Positions 12,311-24,319 of a stretch of DNA of 64,000 nucleotides are shown here, in pieces; the stretch's first letter is position 1; every line of letters begins with the position of its first letter. A model generated the notes under the pieces. That model did no database searches and was not told where the DNA came from. It saw only the letters and a program-made list of their open reading frames with translations. The position numbers and the translations under genes were made by a program. Source of the stretch: Phyllobates terribilis (Eukaryota); contig NW_027362765.1 of the NCBI RefSeq assembly GCF_046119375.1, positions 184,202,001 through 184,266,000 on the forward strand, read 5' to 3'.

Positions 12311-14199
12311 ATTTGCAACACCCAGAAGGGAAGGAGACTTCACACACATGAGCAGATTCCGCCTACTTTTACTGCAGTCACAATATGAGCTAGCAGTAGG
12401 TTTTCATTGCAAATTTCAGCAGCTGCTCCCCCTAATGTTTACAAGTGGAAAATATCAAAACTTTTTAAATTACTTTTCATATTTTACTCTAATGAAAACA
12501 AATATTAATATTGAAAAAAAAAACTGATTACAAGTTTATATGTTTTCAATTGTTGAAAAAAAAAATTTGATGGCACATTCATTTTTATAAATTGGGCCCC
12601 AAATGTACTGATATGATATTTAATGAAATTGAAATCCCTTTGCATGTAATAGCAAAACTGTGCCCTCAGATTATCTCCACAGCTTCATATTATAAGCAGA
12701 ATTACAACACGCACATATGAAATACACTGAAGAGAAATAAGAGCATCCTGTCCCTTTTAATTCAGTGTGTTACATGACACTGGTAAGCAGCCAATAGGAT
12801 CGCTGGATTTGAATTTGAAAAAGCAAACTGTCAATCATCTTCAGTCTGTTACAGGACAGTGAGCGGTGAAGATGGATGTCGGTGAGTTCTCCCATCCCAT
12901 CATCTGATGTCACTGATTTCAAAATAGGAGGGAATACAACGGCTGTTGTCACCTGCCACTAGGGGGTGCTATCAGCATAAAATATACCTGCTGATGAACT
13001 GTACTCCTTCTAGTGGCTGCAGGAAAGCAGAATTGTATGATTAGGTCACACAGGACACTCTGCTGCCAGTATTATTTATTTAGGGATTTTTGTTGCCTCT
13101 TTTGTTAATGGGATGAGTGTGCTGGCACTGATAATGGGGGTTAGGCTTTATATGCTGTTAATGAGGCCAATTTAGCTGTCATTTTTAGGAGGTTATCTGT
13201 ACTTACGGGCATGAAGAACGTAGACATACATGTATTTCATATATCGTTATTTACAGGGCACCAGTACAATCCAGTGCACCATGTGTTTTGCATGTGGCAT
13301 TACTGATACTGGTGTCTCTGCTATGAGGAGACTGTACAAGCAGCCAGTAAAGGCTGTGCTCCATGCGGACATATTGCCTACATGTATGAATGTAATGGGG
13401 GTCCGATACCCGGGTGAATGTTCACTATGAATATGTGTAGAAAGCTGCTGTGTTTGTGTCTTTATCAGATCTGTGACTAAATCTTTTTTGATTCACAGCT
13501 TTTACTATGACTTCTACAGAAGAGGATAGATACAGGATGGCAGCGAAGCGCAGATCTCTGGGGGTCAGCAGCTTTATTATAACCGGACCCTCGTCCGTCT
13601 TATTCTCCATCACTGATGAGTGATAAGTGCCCACTCATCGGATTCTGTTTTCTTTAGGACGTCTACCTCAGCCAGGAATGAATGTGTCTTCGGACTTGAA
13701 TACTTCTCATGTGAGATTATTTTTTAAATAAAAAGAATTTTTCAGATAATCTGAAAATATTGTTCCATTTCTTTAATCCAGCATTGATAATCCAGAACAT
13801 CTATTAGTTCAGTGTAGAATTGCAACACAATGTAGATTGAGCAGAAATTCAGTTAGAAAATAGTTTTCAATAGTAAATTGTATGCTTTCTATGCCGGGAA
13901 TAATTCAGAATCCAGGTCACATTGATGTTGGATTAAATAAATGTATCTGTAATTTACAGATTTGATGCCTCTGGACATTGTATGATTGATCCTAATATCT
14001 GCTTGTGTTTTCTTTATATCTTGTCCCAGAACAAAAGAAGAAAGAGATCAACAACTTCTGATTTTCTGCACCAGATTCCTGCCATCAACGATCTTCAACA
14101 TGGAGGTCACTGATCATACCGCAGATTATGTTCTGTCCATAGATGTAAAGGAACATTTCAATGGACAATTGACTGAATCTATTCTTTTCTTAGCGCCTC

Positions 14200-14661
14200 A
14201 TGCCAACCAACCGTGAAGCTCAGAAGAAATACCTGCCATTTTCTTTGGATGAAAAAAAACCTCAGCCAACATCAATGATGCCAGAAGAGTCAAAAGAAGA
14301 GGAGATGAAGGAGGCAATGAAGTATTGGGAGGTAGAAGAAATGGAAGTAGATGAGGCAGAAGACACCAAGAGGAAAGAAGAAGATAAAGCAGAAGACACC
14401 AAGGCGAAAGAAGAAAATAAGGCAGAAGACACCAAGGGGAAAAAAGATGAGAAAAAATCAGAAGCAAAAGAAGAAAAGAACAGCAACTGGGCCAGAAGAG
14501 TTGAGAACCAACCGGCAGGAAGACACAAGATCCGCCAGCAGTCCATCCTCAAATACGTCAATACCAAACTCAGAGGAAGGAGGAACATCATCTGGACCAT
14601 CCTCCTCAAACCAAATGAGACGTTGATGGACTCTATGGAGCCAACATTCCAGCTGTATTAA
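14200..14661 (+). other. Glu/Lys-rich low-complexity ORF (153 aa) of unknown status
   Basis: The ORF contains KAEDTK x3 repeats. It is overlapped by an upstream frame that starts at a splice-acceptor-like TCTTTATATCTTGTCCCAG (~14027). No family is recognised. Confidence 0.3.
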
Positions 14662-14865
14662 CATCAACAGCTTCAAATCTAATAATAATAAAAAAATAGA
14701 CATAACAAAGTAATTATTAGATTGAAAAGCTTAAACATGTTGTAAAATCATTATAAAGACTTTATAATATTAAGAGCAGCAATAGAGTATGTGATCTAAT
14801 AATAGCTGTAACTATAAGATTAATTGTATAATAATGGTAGAGACATAAAAATAACATCAGCTGGT

Positions 14866-15996
14866 TTGATCCAGGGTTCTAGGACTGATCGCCTTTTCCC
14901 GGGGTCAAGAAGGAATTTTTCCCCTGAGACACCAATTGGCTGAATGTGTCCAGGGGTTTTTGCCTTCTTCTGGATCAACAGCGTTAGGAATAAGGACCTA
15001 GGTAATAGTAAGATTATAGTAGCATTAGCACTAGTGGAATAGTAGTCTAATATAGTATAAAGTGTAATATTAGTGGTCTTAAAACAGTAATAATTTCACT
15101 AGTAAAGGAATAATAAAATTATGCTATCATATTAAAAATAAAATATTAATAATATTTATTAACATTTGAATAGGTATTAGGAAATTTCATCCAGGGTTCT
15201 AGGACTGATCGCCTTTTCCCGGGGTTAAGAAGGAATTTTTCCACCGTGACACAAATTGGCCGAATGTGTCCGGGGGTTTTTGCCTTCTTCTGGATCAACA
15301 TCTTTAGGAATTAGGATTGATATTTTAGTAAAATAACTATACAAATGTTAGCAACAATGGCAATAATAAAATAGCAATAATCCAAAGATATCTAGAATAA
15401 AATATTAAGAGTAGAATATTAATAATAAAATAGTAATAATATCAGTAAAATAGCAGGAAACTAAAAATAACATAAATAATAGTAATAATAGAAAAACAAC
15501 TGTAAGGTAATGATTATGATAATTAGTTCTTAATTTATAGTTATTAGGCTTTTTGATCCAGGGTTCTAGGACTAATCGCCTTTTCCCGGGGTCAAGAAGG
15601 AATTTTTCCCCTGTGACATAAATTGGCCGAATGTGTCTAGGGTTTTTTTTTTTGCCTTCTTCTGGACCTATAGCATTAGGACTAGGATCTAATTAATAGT
15701 AAATAGAGAAATAATAGAAATATTAGTAACAGTAATCATAATATTAGTAACAGTAAGTTAAAAAATAGAAATAAATATGAAAAAAATAGTGATAGTAATA
15801 AAATAGCAATATAAATTATAATAGTATAGCATTATTAGAAATAGTATAATAATAGGTTAGTACATTATTAGGCATCAGCAGGTTTGATCCAGGGTTCTAG
15901 GACTGATCGCCTTTTCCCGGGATCAAGAAGGAATTTTTTCCCTTGACACAAATTGGCTTAATGTGTCGAGGGGCTTTTGCCTTCTTCTGGATCAAC
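14866..15996 (+). repeat. Four copies of a ~115-bp self-complementary core separated by 205-250-bp dissimilar AT-rich spacers
   Basis: Core TGATCCAGGGTTCTAGGACTGATCGCC...GCCTTCTTCTGGATCA at ~14866, 15186, 15553 and 15884. From memory it resembles the hairpin domain of amphibian CR1 3' UTRs. Confidence 0.85.
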
Positions 15997-16719
15997 AGCT
16001 TTAATCCTAGGGATTCCATAGTACTAATAGCAATAATAAGTATAACAATATTGTAATAGTAATGAACAGATTGTGAGGATAATAATGAGAATAATTAGTT
16101 AACATTAGTTATGTTAGTGTAGGGTCCCATCTGATGAGGTCGCCTTGTCGTTGGCAGATGGGCTTGCACAATTTGATCAAAATGTGCACTAAGAACCTCA
16201 AATTTATACGTTTAATAAATAAGGAAGTAATAAAATACACAATATTATAAATATAACTTTGTGTCGCCTCCTTTATTTTCCTGTAATAAAGAAAATCAGA
16301 AAATCCAGCACATTTGCAGACATTTGTATCTCTGTGTCGTAATCGTTGTAGGTAAAAATCGCACTGCGACACCATAAGAAATTGTTAGATTCTATCTTGC
16401 AATGAGGCGCACAATGTTAACATCACCTGACACATGCTGTCCTGTAACTCAAGCATAAAATGTATTACTAGTGGCCAATCAACCAATAATAGTGAGCTAT
16501 GGAAATGATTAGTGCAATTGCACTCAACTGAACTTTTTCTGATGATGGCCTCCCTTTAAAGAGTAACATTTATTTATTTATTTCATGAATCAATAATACA
16601 CATGAAAATAAGAAGCTTTGTAATATATTTTATTAGAGAGATCTGCTTCGCTCTTCTCCAATGAAGGAGTAGAACCATCTCAAGGAGGATCACAAGGAAA
16701 TGGACTGCATGTGACTTAA

Positions 16720-16949
16720 ATATGAGTGTCTGAGCAAAGGGTCTGAATACTTATGACCATGTTTTTTTTCAGTTTTTCTTTTTTAATACATTTGCAAAAA
16801 TTTCTACATTTCTGTTTTTTTTCAGTCAAGATGGGGTGCAGAGTGTACATTAATGAGAAAAAAATGAACTTTTTAGAATTTACCAAATGGCTGCAATGAA
16901 ACAAAGAGTGAAAAATTTAAAGGGGTCTGAATACTTTCCGTACCCACTG
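16720..16949 (+). mobile_element. Isolated right terminal IR/DR of a Tc1 element
   Basis: Two GGTCTGAATACTT direct repeats; ends ...GTACCCACTG followed by TA. Confidence 0.65.
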
Positions 16950-17171
16950 TATACCAGAATGGGGTCCAGGATAAGAGACATATATACCAGGTTGGGGGAT
17001 ATACATACCAGGATGGGGCCCAGGAGGAGGGACATATACCAAGATGGGGCCCAGGATAAGGGACATATACCAGGACGGATGATATATATACCAGGATGGA
17101 GTCCAGGATAAGGGACATATATACAAGGATGGGGCTCAGGATAAGGGACATATATACCAGGATGGAGGATA
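16950..17171. repeat. Short minisatellite (GGGACATATATACCAGGATGGGG units)
   Basis: Repeated units; similar motif in the reverse orientation at ~10730-10830. Confidence 0.75.
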
Positions 17172-17173
17172 TA

Positions 17174-17866
17174 CAGTGAAGGAAATAATTATTTGATCCC
17201 TTGCTGTTTTTGTAAGTTTGCCCACTGACAAAGACATGAACAGTCTATAATTTTAAGGGTAGGTTAATTTTAACATTGAGGGATAGAATATAAAAAAAAA
17301 TCAAGAAAATCACACTGTATAAATTAGATACATTTATTTGCATTTTGCAGTGAGAAATAAGTATTTGATCCCCTACAAACCATTATGAGCTCTGGCTCCT
17401 ACAGACCAGTTAGACGCTCCTAATCAACTCGTTACCTGCATTAAAGACAGCTGTCTTACATAGTCACCTGTATAAAAGATTCCTGTCCACAGACTCAATT
17501 AATCAGTCAGACTCTAACCTTTACAACATGGGCAAGACCAAAGAGTTTTCTAAGGATGTCAGGGACAAGATCATAGACCTGCACAAAGCTGGAATGGGCT
17601 ACAAAACCATAAGTAAGACGCTGGGTGACAAGGAGACAAATGTGGGTGCAATAGTAAGAAAATGGAGCATCATGCAAAGTCTCACCTCGTGCGGTATCCT
17701 TGATCATGAGGAAGGTGAGAGATCTGCCTAAAACTACACGGGGGGAACTTGTTAATGATCTCAAGGCAGCTGGGACCACAGTCACCAAGAAAACCATTGG
17801 AAACACATTACGCCTTAAAGGTTTAAAATCCTGCAGTGCCTGCAAGGTCCCCCTGCTCAAGAAGGC
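17174..17866 (+). mobile_element. 5' half of a Tc1 IR/DR element (truncated transposase from 17528)
   Basis: TA|CAGTGAAGGAAATAATTATTTGATCCC with an inner DR copy near 17355. [33 protein letters not shown] continues in another frame as [15 protein letters not shown]...KVPLLKK. Confidence 0.85.
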
Positions 17867-18059
17867 AGAATTAAAAATGGGGATATTAATAGAAATTAAT
17901 ATTAAAATAACAATCAGGAGGATATTAAAATGCATAAGAAAAAGTACCTAAGAAAATGCATAAGAAAAAGGATCTGTGACTCTATGCAACGACTGTGCAG
18001 AGATAAAATAGAATAAAATAAATAATTACATAAAAATCTCAGTAATTTCATTGAGTCCA

Positions 18060-19530
18060 TAGGGTTTAAGGGTGCTGATCCTGTATATCCAATATACTTA
18101 TTTTCTCTTCAAGGTTTCCATAGCGTTTGGGAGATCAAGGGAAATGGATTCAATTGGTGTGATAGAAATGCCTGTGGCATTCTTACCGTGTACCAATGCA
18201 TTTTAATATTCCCCTGATTGTTATTTTAATATTAATTTCTATTAATATCCCCATTTTTAATTCTATATCACAATGTGTCTTATCCTAAATAATCAATATA
18301 CACATGATCTTGGATGCAATTTATCCATTCTTGAAAATTCATTTTTAATTTTTTTTATTTTAAATTATTCCCTGCTTATTGTTTTATTATTCTTGTCCAT
18401 GATTTTGTATTTATGAAAATTATTATCCCTATTTCATTTTTCGTCCACCTTTTTAACTCTTTTTTTTTTGTTAGTTTCCACCCATTAGTCTCACTACGCC
18501 TTCCGCGGCACTTTCTGGCCCCTATTCAATGGCTCATATTGAGTTCAAATCCGGTTTCTCCTGCACTCCAAACTGCAGTCTTTACAACACTTTTTGTCCT
18601 TTTTATTCATTTATAAGTATAGTTCCCTTTTCTGTATCACCTTTCCCTCATCCACCTAGATGGCTCCTCTGCCCTTCTGATGTCCATACACTGCCAAATC
18701 CCAGGTTCTAATCACTTTTTTCCTACACTCCAATTGCTCCACCACAACAATTTGTTTTTTATTTATGTGGTATCATTTATATGTGCATTTCCCCTCTTTC
18801 CTTTGCCCCCTTTCCCACATTTGCCTGGGTGGCTCCCCTGTTAAATATTCACTCACTGGCTTCTATTCACTCCCCTCTCCTGGGTTCTTCTCCCACATTG
18901 CAATCATTCAACTGTTCAAATTTTATCAGTATTAAGGATGGTCCTTTTTTTTCCCCCCAACTTTAATCTATTTGAAATTGCCAGTTGGACGTCCCTCCCC
19001 TTCCTAATTTCCCCATTGGTGTAAGTGTTCCTGTGGGTGTTCCCTATGTAACTGGCATCCATTATGGGCCTTTAAAAACCCATCCATTCTCATGCTGTAC
19101 ACATTTGGTCTTTTTTCTTGAAAAAGACGCCTATACAGGCGTTGAAAAGCATTGTTAATAAAAAGCCTTTTCTTCATCATCATCTCTGAAGAATTGATTT
19201 ACTTCAGCAGCGCAGCCCACTTACGTGTTCATCCAACTGGATCCAATATCTCCTGGAGGATTTATCTTCCAGCCACGGGGCAGCAGCAGCTGTTTTTCTT
19301 CATGCCTACATAGCAGTTGTGCCTGTCACAACTCCATCAGGTGAGGGTAACCAATACTTTCCTACTCTCCCTCCATAGGGTATCACTCTATTGTGCGCTC
19401 TGTTCCCCACATTTAGATCTACATACCTCCATTAGGAGGGCAGACCGGTATAATGCAGCTCCATTTGGCACAATAAAGTTCATTTTACCACTTCATACCA
19501 TGAGGGTAGATTTGGGGTAATTGGTGGTTT
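18060..19530 (-). mobile_element. Heavily degraded L1-like LINE remnants
   Basis: The plus strand is T-rich, and broken minus-strand translations resemble L1 ORF2 segments. No intact motif was found. Confidence 0.35.
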
Positions 19531-21040
19531 AACCATTTTTTAATCTTCTGTAATGGCCTTCAGAGTGCCTTGGGAATACACCAAGCAAGACTAGACCGTG
19601 TTCCCTCTCCAGAATGCCCTTAGGGATATTTCTATCCCGGGGATACACTGCGCCATTCCAGGCTGTGTCCCCTGTCCGGAGATGCTGTTCCAGATTTGGT
19701 CTCCAGGGATACACTACCCCATACCCGTCCGTGTTCCCTCTCCGGAATGTCCTTGGGGATATTTTTACCCCAGGGATACACTGTGCCATACCAGGCCGTG
19801 TTCCCCTTGCCGGAAGTGATGGCTGCTGTTCCATTGCTCCTAATCCTCCAGGAGGGTGAACTGAACAACCTTAGCAGTCCATCTTATGACATCAGACTGG
19901 GAGGATTGACTGGACTTATACTGGTTTTGTTCAGCCTAGCCATGCCTAAGCTACCAAACCCCTAGAAGGATAACCTGGAACCAACTTAGATGCCAGCCAG
20001 TCCAAGTTATGACTCCAGCCCTGAAAACTGGACTTACACAACCTTGACCAACAAGAAGGATAACTGGGATCTAGATGTTAAATGCAGACCAGTCCAATAA
20101 GCTACTGGGATCTAGATGTTAAATGCAGACCAGTCCAATAAGCTATCCAAGTAAAAGGGATTGACTTGAAATCTGTTGGACTCACCAGCTACCTCAGGGC
20201 TGTCAGGGCTGTAATTTATTAAGGCCCCTCCTTGTTGTTTAGTAGAATCACCACAGACTAATGGCCTCATCCAAAAGCCATCCTTATCAATATCAGCAGT
20301 ATTGTTAGTGAAGGGTAGTGAAGCTTTGAGGCAGTAGTGAAAACAGACCTACAAACCCCAAGTCGGCTGGTTAACGGGGCAAAAGCCACGGCACCCAAAG
20401 TTGTATATACCACTGAAAATCACACTACAGAGAAGGCCTCATCAAGTCAAAGAAAATCCTAGACCTAAGGTGACAGGTTATTCCACAACTATGAAGTGAC
20501 TCGAAAACCTTCAGGCAGGCCAAAACACCAGACATGAGGTGGCATCCATAACAGATGAGGTCATACCCTAGGCGACCAGCCCCCCCACACATGACATGAG
20601 GCCCTGCCCAAGTCGGCAGGATCAACACACAAGACATGAGGCCAGACATGAGACGACAGGCCACACACCCAAGATATGAGGCAGCAGGCTAAATACACAA
20701 CCCATGAGGTGGCAGCCATGAAGTAACAGGTTTGATATACAAGCCATGAGGCGGCAACCATGAGGCAAAAGGTTCGATACCTAAACCATGAGGCGGCAGC
20801 CATGAGGCAGCAGGTTCAATACACAAGCCATGAGGTGGCAGACATGAGGCAACAGGTTCAATACATAATGCATGAGGCGACAAGTTAAAAAGAATTGACC
20901 ACAGGATCTGTTAACAAGACAGATTCCTTAGCCAACTAAGCCACAGCTTAACCGAAAAACGCCAGGACACCAAGACATGTGAGAATCACTAGGCCCCAGG
21001 GCTACTGAAACACAATGCCCTAGACCAGACACCAAACATA
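19530..21040 (-). mobile_element. Possible degraded Gypsy gag-region remnant with internal tandem repeats
   Basis: Repeat blocks at 19580-19830 and 20540-20880 (CATGAGGCGGCAGC units) flank broken gag-like reading frames. The assignment is by resemblance only. Confidence 0.3.
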
Positions 21041-21134
21041 GGTAGGTCCTGAAGCATTAAATGTAGATCCTCCCAGACTGATGTTAGAAATTCAGCACCT
21101 GACTGGGCTCCTGTACTCAGTTCTACAATATTGT

Positions 21135-21620
21135 ATGAAGGACTATGGGGGGGTGCATTATATGTATGAAGGACCATAGGGGGGTGCATTATACTGTATG
21201 AAGGACCAAAGGGGGGTGCATTATACTGTATAAAGGACCATAGGGGGGTTCATTATACTGTATGGAGGACCATGGGGAGTGCATTATACTGTATGGAGGA
21301 CCATTGGGAGTGCATTATATGGTATGGAGAACCATGGGGGGTGCATTATATTGTGTAGAGGACCATGGGGAGAGCATTATACAGTATAGAGGACCATTGG
21401 GGTGCATTTAATTGTTTGGAGGACCATGGCGAGTGCATTATATTGTATGGAGGACCATGGGGGTGCATTATATTCTACGGAGGACCATGGACAATGCATT
21501 ATATTCTATGGAGGACCATGAGGAGTGCATTATATTCTATGGAGGACCATGAGGAACGCATTATACTATATGAAAGATTATGGGGGATGCATTATACTAT
21601 GTGGAAGGTTATGTGGGCCA
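21135..21620. repeat. Minisatellite, ~30-bp unit
   Basis: GGAGGACCATGGGGAGTGCATTATACTGTAT repeated. Confidence 0.9.
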
Positions 21621-21684
21621 TTATAATATTTTCTGCTTTGTTGCCCCATGATTACAGGGGTAGTATACATAGTGTTTTGACAGT

Positions 21685-22892
21685 ACAGGGGTAATATACA
21701 TAGTGATGTCACAGTACAGAGGTAATAAACACAGTGATGTTACAGTATCGGGGTAATATACACAGTGATGTCACAGTACAGGGGTAATATACATAGTGAT
21801 GTCACAGTACAGGGGTAATATACATAGTGATGTTACAGTACAGGGGTAATATACATAGTGATTTCACGGTACAGGGGTAATATACATAGTGATTTCACGG
21901 TACAGAGGTAATATACATAGTGATGTCACAGTACAGGGGTAATATACATAATGATGTCACAGTACAGGGGTAATATACACAGTGATGTTACAGTACAGGG
22001 GTAATATACATAGCGATGTCACAGTACAGCGGTAATATACATAGTGATGTCACAGTACAGGGGTAATATACATAGTGATGTCACAGTACAGGGGTAATAT
22101 ACATAGTGATGTCACAGTACAGGGGTAATATGCACAGTGATGTCACAGTACAGAGGTAATATACACAGTGATGTCACAGTACAGGGGTAATATACATAGT
22201 GATGTCACAGTACAGGGGTAATATACATAGTGATGTCACAGTACAGGGGTAATATACACTGTGATGTTACAGTACAGGGGTAATATACATAGTGATTTCA
22301 CAGTACAGAGGTAATATACATAGTGATGTCACAGTACAGGGGTAATATACATAGTGATGTCACAGTACAGGGGTAATATACACAGTGATGTCACAGTACA
22401 GGGGTAGTATACATAGTGATGCCACAGTACAGGTAATATACACTGTAGTTTGTGTGCTAACTAGGCATGATTAAACAAACAAAAAAGTTATACTTCTATT
22501 GGCATTTGAACTGAGACACTGTAGCTTCAGAGGCTGATGCTTTACAGAGGTAATATACACAGTGATGTCACAGTACAGGGGTAATATACACATCAATGTT
22601 ACAGTACAGGGGTAATATACATAGCAATGTCACAGTACAGGTAATATACACAGTGATGTTACAGTACAGGGGTAATATACATAGTGATGTCACAGTACAG
22701 AGGTAATATACACAGTGATGTCACAGTACAGGGGTAATATACATAGTGATGTCACAGTACAGCGGTAATATACATAGTGATGTCACAGTACAGGGGTAAT
22801 ATACACAGTGATGTCACAGTACAGGGGTAATATACACAGTGATGTCACAGTTCAGGGGTAGTATACATAGTGATGTCACAGTACTGGTAATA
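21685..22892. repeat. Homogeneous 31-bp minisatellite, about 35 copies, with one ~110-bp interruption
   Basis: CAGTACAGGGGTAATATACATAGTGATGTCA repeated, interrupted at ~22440-22545. Confidence 0.95.
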
Positions 22893-22894
22893 TA

Positions 22895-23530
22895 CACTGT
22901 AGTTTGTGTGCTAACTAGGCATGATTAAACAAACAAAAAAGTTATACTTCTATTGGCATTTGAACTGAGACACTGTAGCTTCAGAGGCTGATGCTTTACC
23001 ATTCAGCCATCGGAACAAGTGATAGTAACTAGTAGCTTTTCTTGTCTTATGAGATGAACCATGAAAATACTCAGGGTGACTAAAAGTCATTGTGATTCTG
23101 ATTCTAATGTTTGAAGAAAGTCACATATCAGACTCACATATCAAAATCACACATCATTTGAATTTGGCTTACTTGAAGTCTGTGCATAAGTCCCAATGAG
23201 TTTCAGACAGGTTTGCACTGAAAATCACATAACCAAATAGAACGCCTAGCCTTCTTTAACTGCGTTTATATCTCAATGGTTAGTGCACTGGCTTCTAGAC
23301 ATAAAGTTTTGGGTTCAAGTCCCATCAGCAAAGAGTGACTTTTTATTATTATTACAGTTGTAAAAGTCATATATAAAAGTCACTTATCAATGTCATATAT
23401 GAAAGTCACTTATCAATGTCATATATCAAAATCACTTATCAAAATCATTTCTCAGACAGGGTATTTAGCCTCAAACTGACATCATTCTGATGTTTGACTT
23501 TGATATCTGATCATGTCCTAAAATGAACAC
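22895..23530 (-). mobile_element. Inverted partial copy of the segment downstream of the 1.1-3.1 kb Tc1 transposase, with a probable terminus
   Basis: Reverse-complement similarity to ~3300-3875. It begins TA|CACTGTAGTTTG, a Tc1-like end. Confidence 0.75.
23262..23330 (+). pseudogene. Degenerate tRNA-Arg(TCT)-like sequence
   Basis: CAATGGTTAGTGCACTGGCTTCTAGACATAAAGTTTTGGGTTCAAGTCCCATCAG tracks the vertebrate tRNA-Arg-TCT pattern CAATGGATAGCGCATTGGACTTCTA...GGGTTCGAGTCCCACCAG as recalled. Only the T-arm survives in the copy at ~3480-3515. Confidence 0.6.
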
Positions 23531-23999
23531 TGTAGGATAGTGAGATATGAAGTCTGAATGTCAAAAGTTCAAAACATTGTGACCCTTTTGTTTGTCAGTG
23601 TACGTGTATAAATACTGGCAGCGCAGATGAGACTTCAGATGTGTAAACATGTCAGCAATCGCCCAATGAACAAGAAAAGCGCTGCTTATTCATTGGATGA
23701 TTGGATTGTTTAAGTCAAAACAAAAATGATTATTCTAGGCAGCACATCGCCCTGTGCAAACTTCAGATGTGCTGCTGATAACATGATTCTGTATGGGGAC
23801 AGATTGATTTGCTAGTGGTTGTTCTGTCATTGTTCCTCAACCTGTTTAAAGAAGCTGGTAAACCAGCGAAGAACGACTTCAATATTGTCAATCACACTTA
23901 TTTAACGGCCTGAACTCAACGCATCTAAATGCAACCTAAATATTTGAGTGTGAAGGTGCAATATGTTAGCATTCAGGTCCCCAGTTTAAACTTTTGCTC

Positions 24000-24319
24000 A
24001 GGTCCCCACTTTGTCTAAAACCAGCCTTAATGCCAATAATGCAGTGTACATTTAACACATTTAATGTTTTCCTACATTGTATTGCATGCAGTGTGCAGCT
24101 ACACTCTTCGGCATGAATTCAATCAAGTATCAGGAAATTGTAGGAGAAAATATGCCTTTCGTAAGGAAGCAGCTTAGATATATTTTGACTTTCCTACAGG
24201 ACAATGACCCAAGAATATCCCAAAGTCCACAGAAACTTGCCTCCAGAAGAAATCCTGGAAGATTCTGGAGAAGTCGTCACAGTCGCTTTACTTAAGCCCC
24301 ATAGAAAATCTTTGATGGG
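24000..24319 (+). mobile_element. Degraded Tc1 transposase fragment
   Basis: KYQEIVGEN...FLQDNDPR followed by remnants of LSPIENL. Confidence 0.55.

Noticed and set aside
14866-14980. Hammerhead or other known ribozyme in the 115-bp core
   Set aside because: CTGATCG does not fit CUGANGA and no GAAA box is suitably placed. No known ribozyme consensus was recognised.
14866-15996. CRISPR array
   Set aside because: The context is eukaryotic, the repeats (~115 bp) and spacers (>200 bp, low complexity) are far outside CRISPR sizes, and there are no cas genes.
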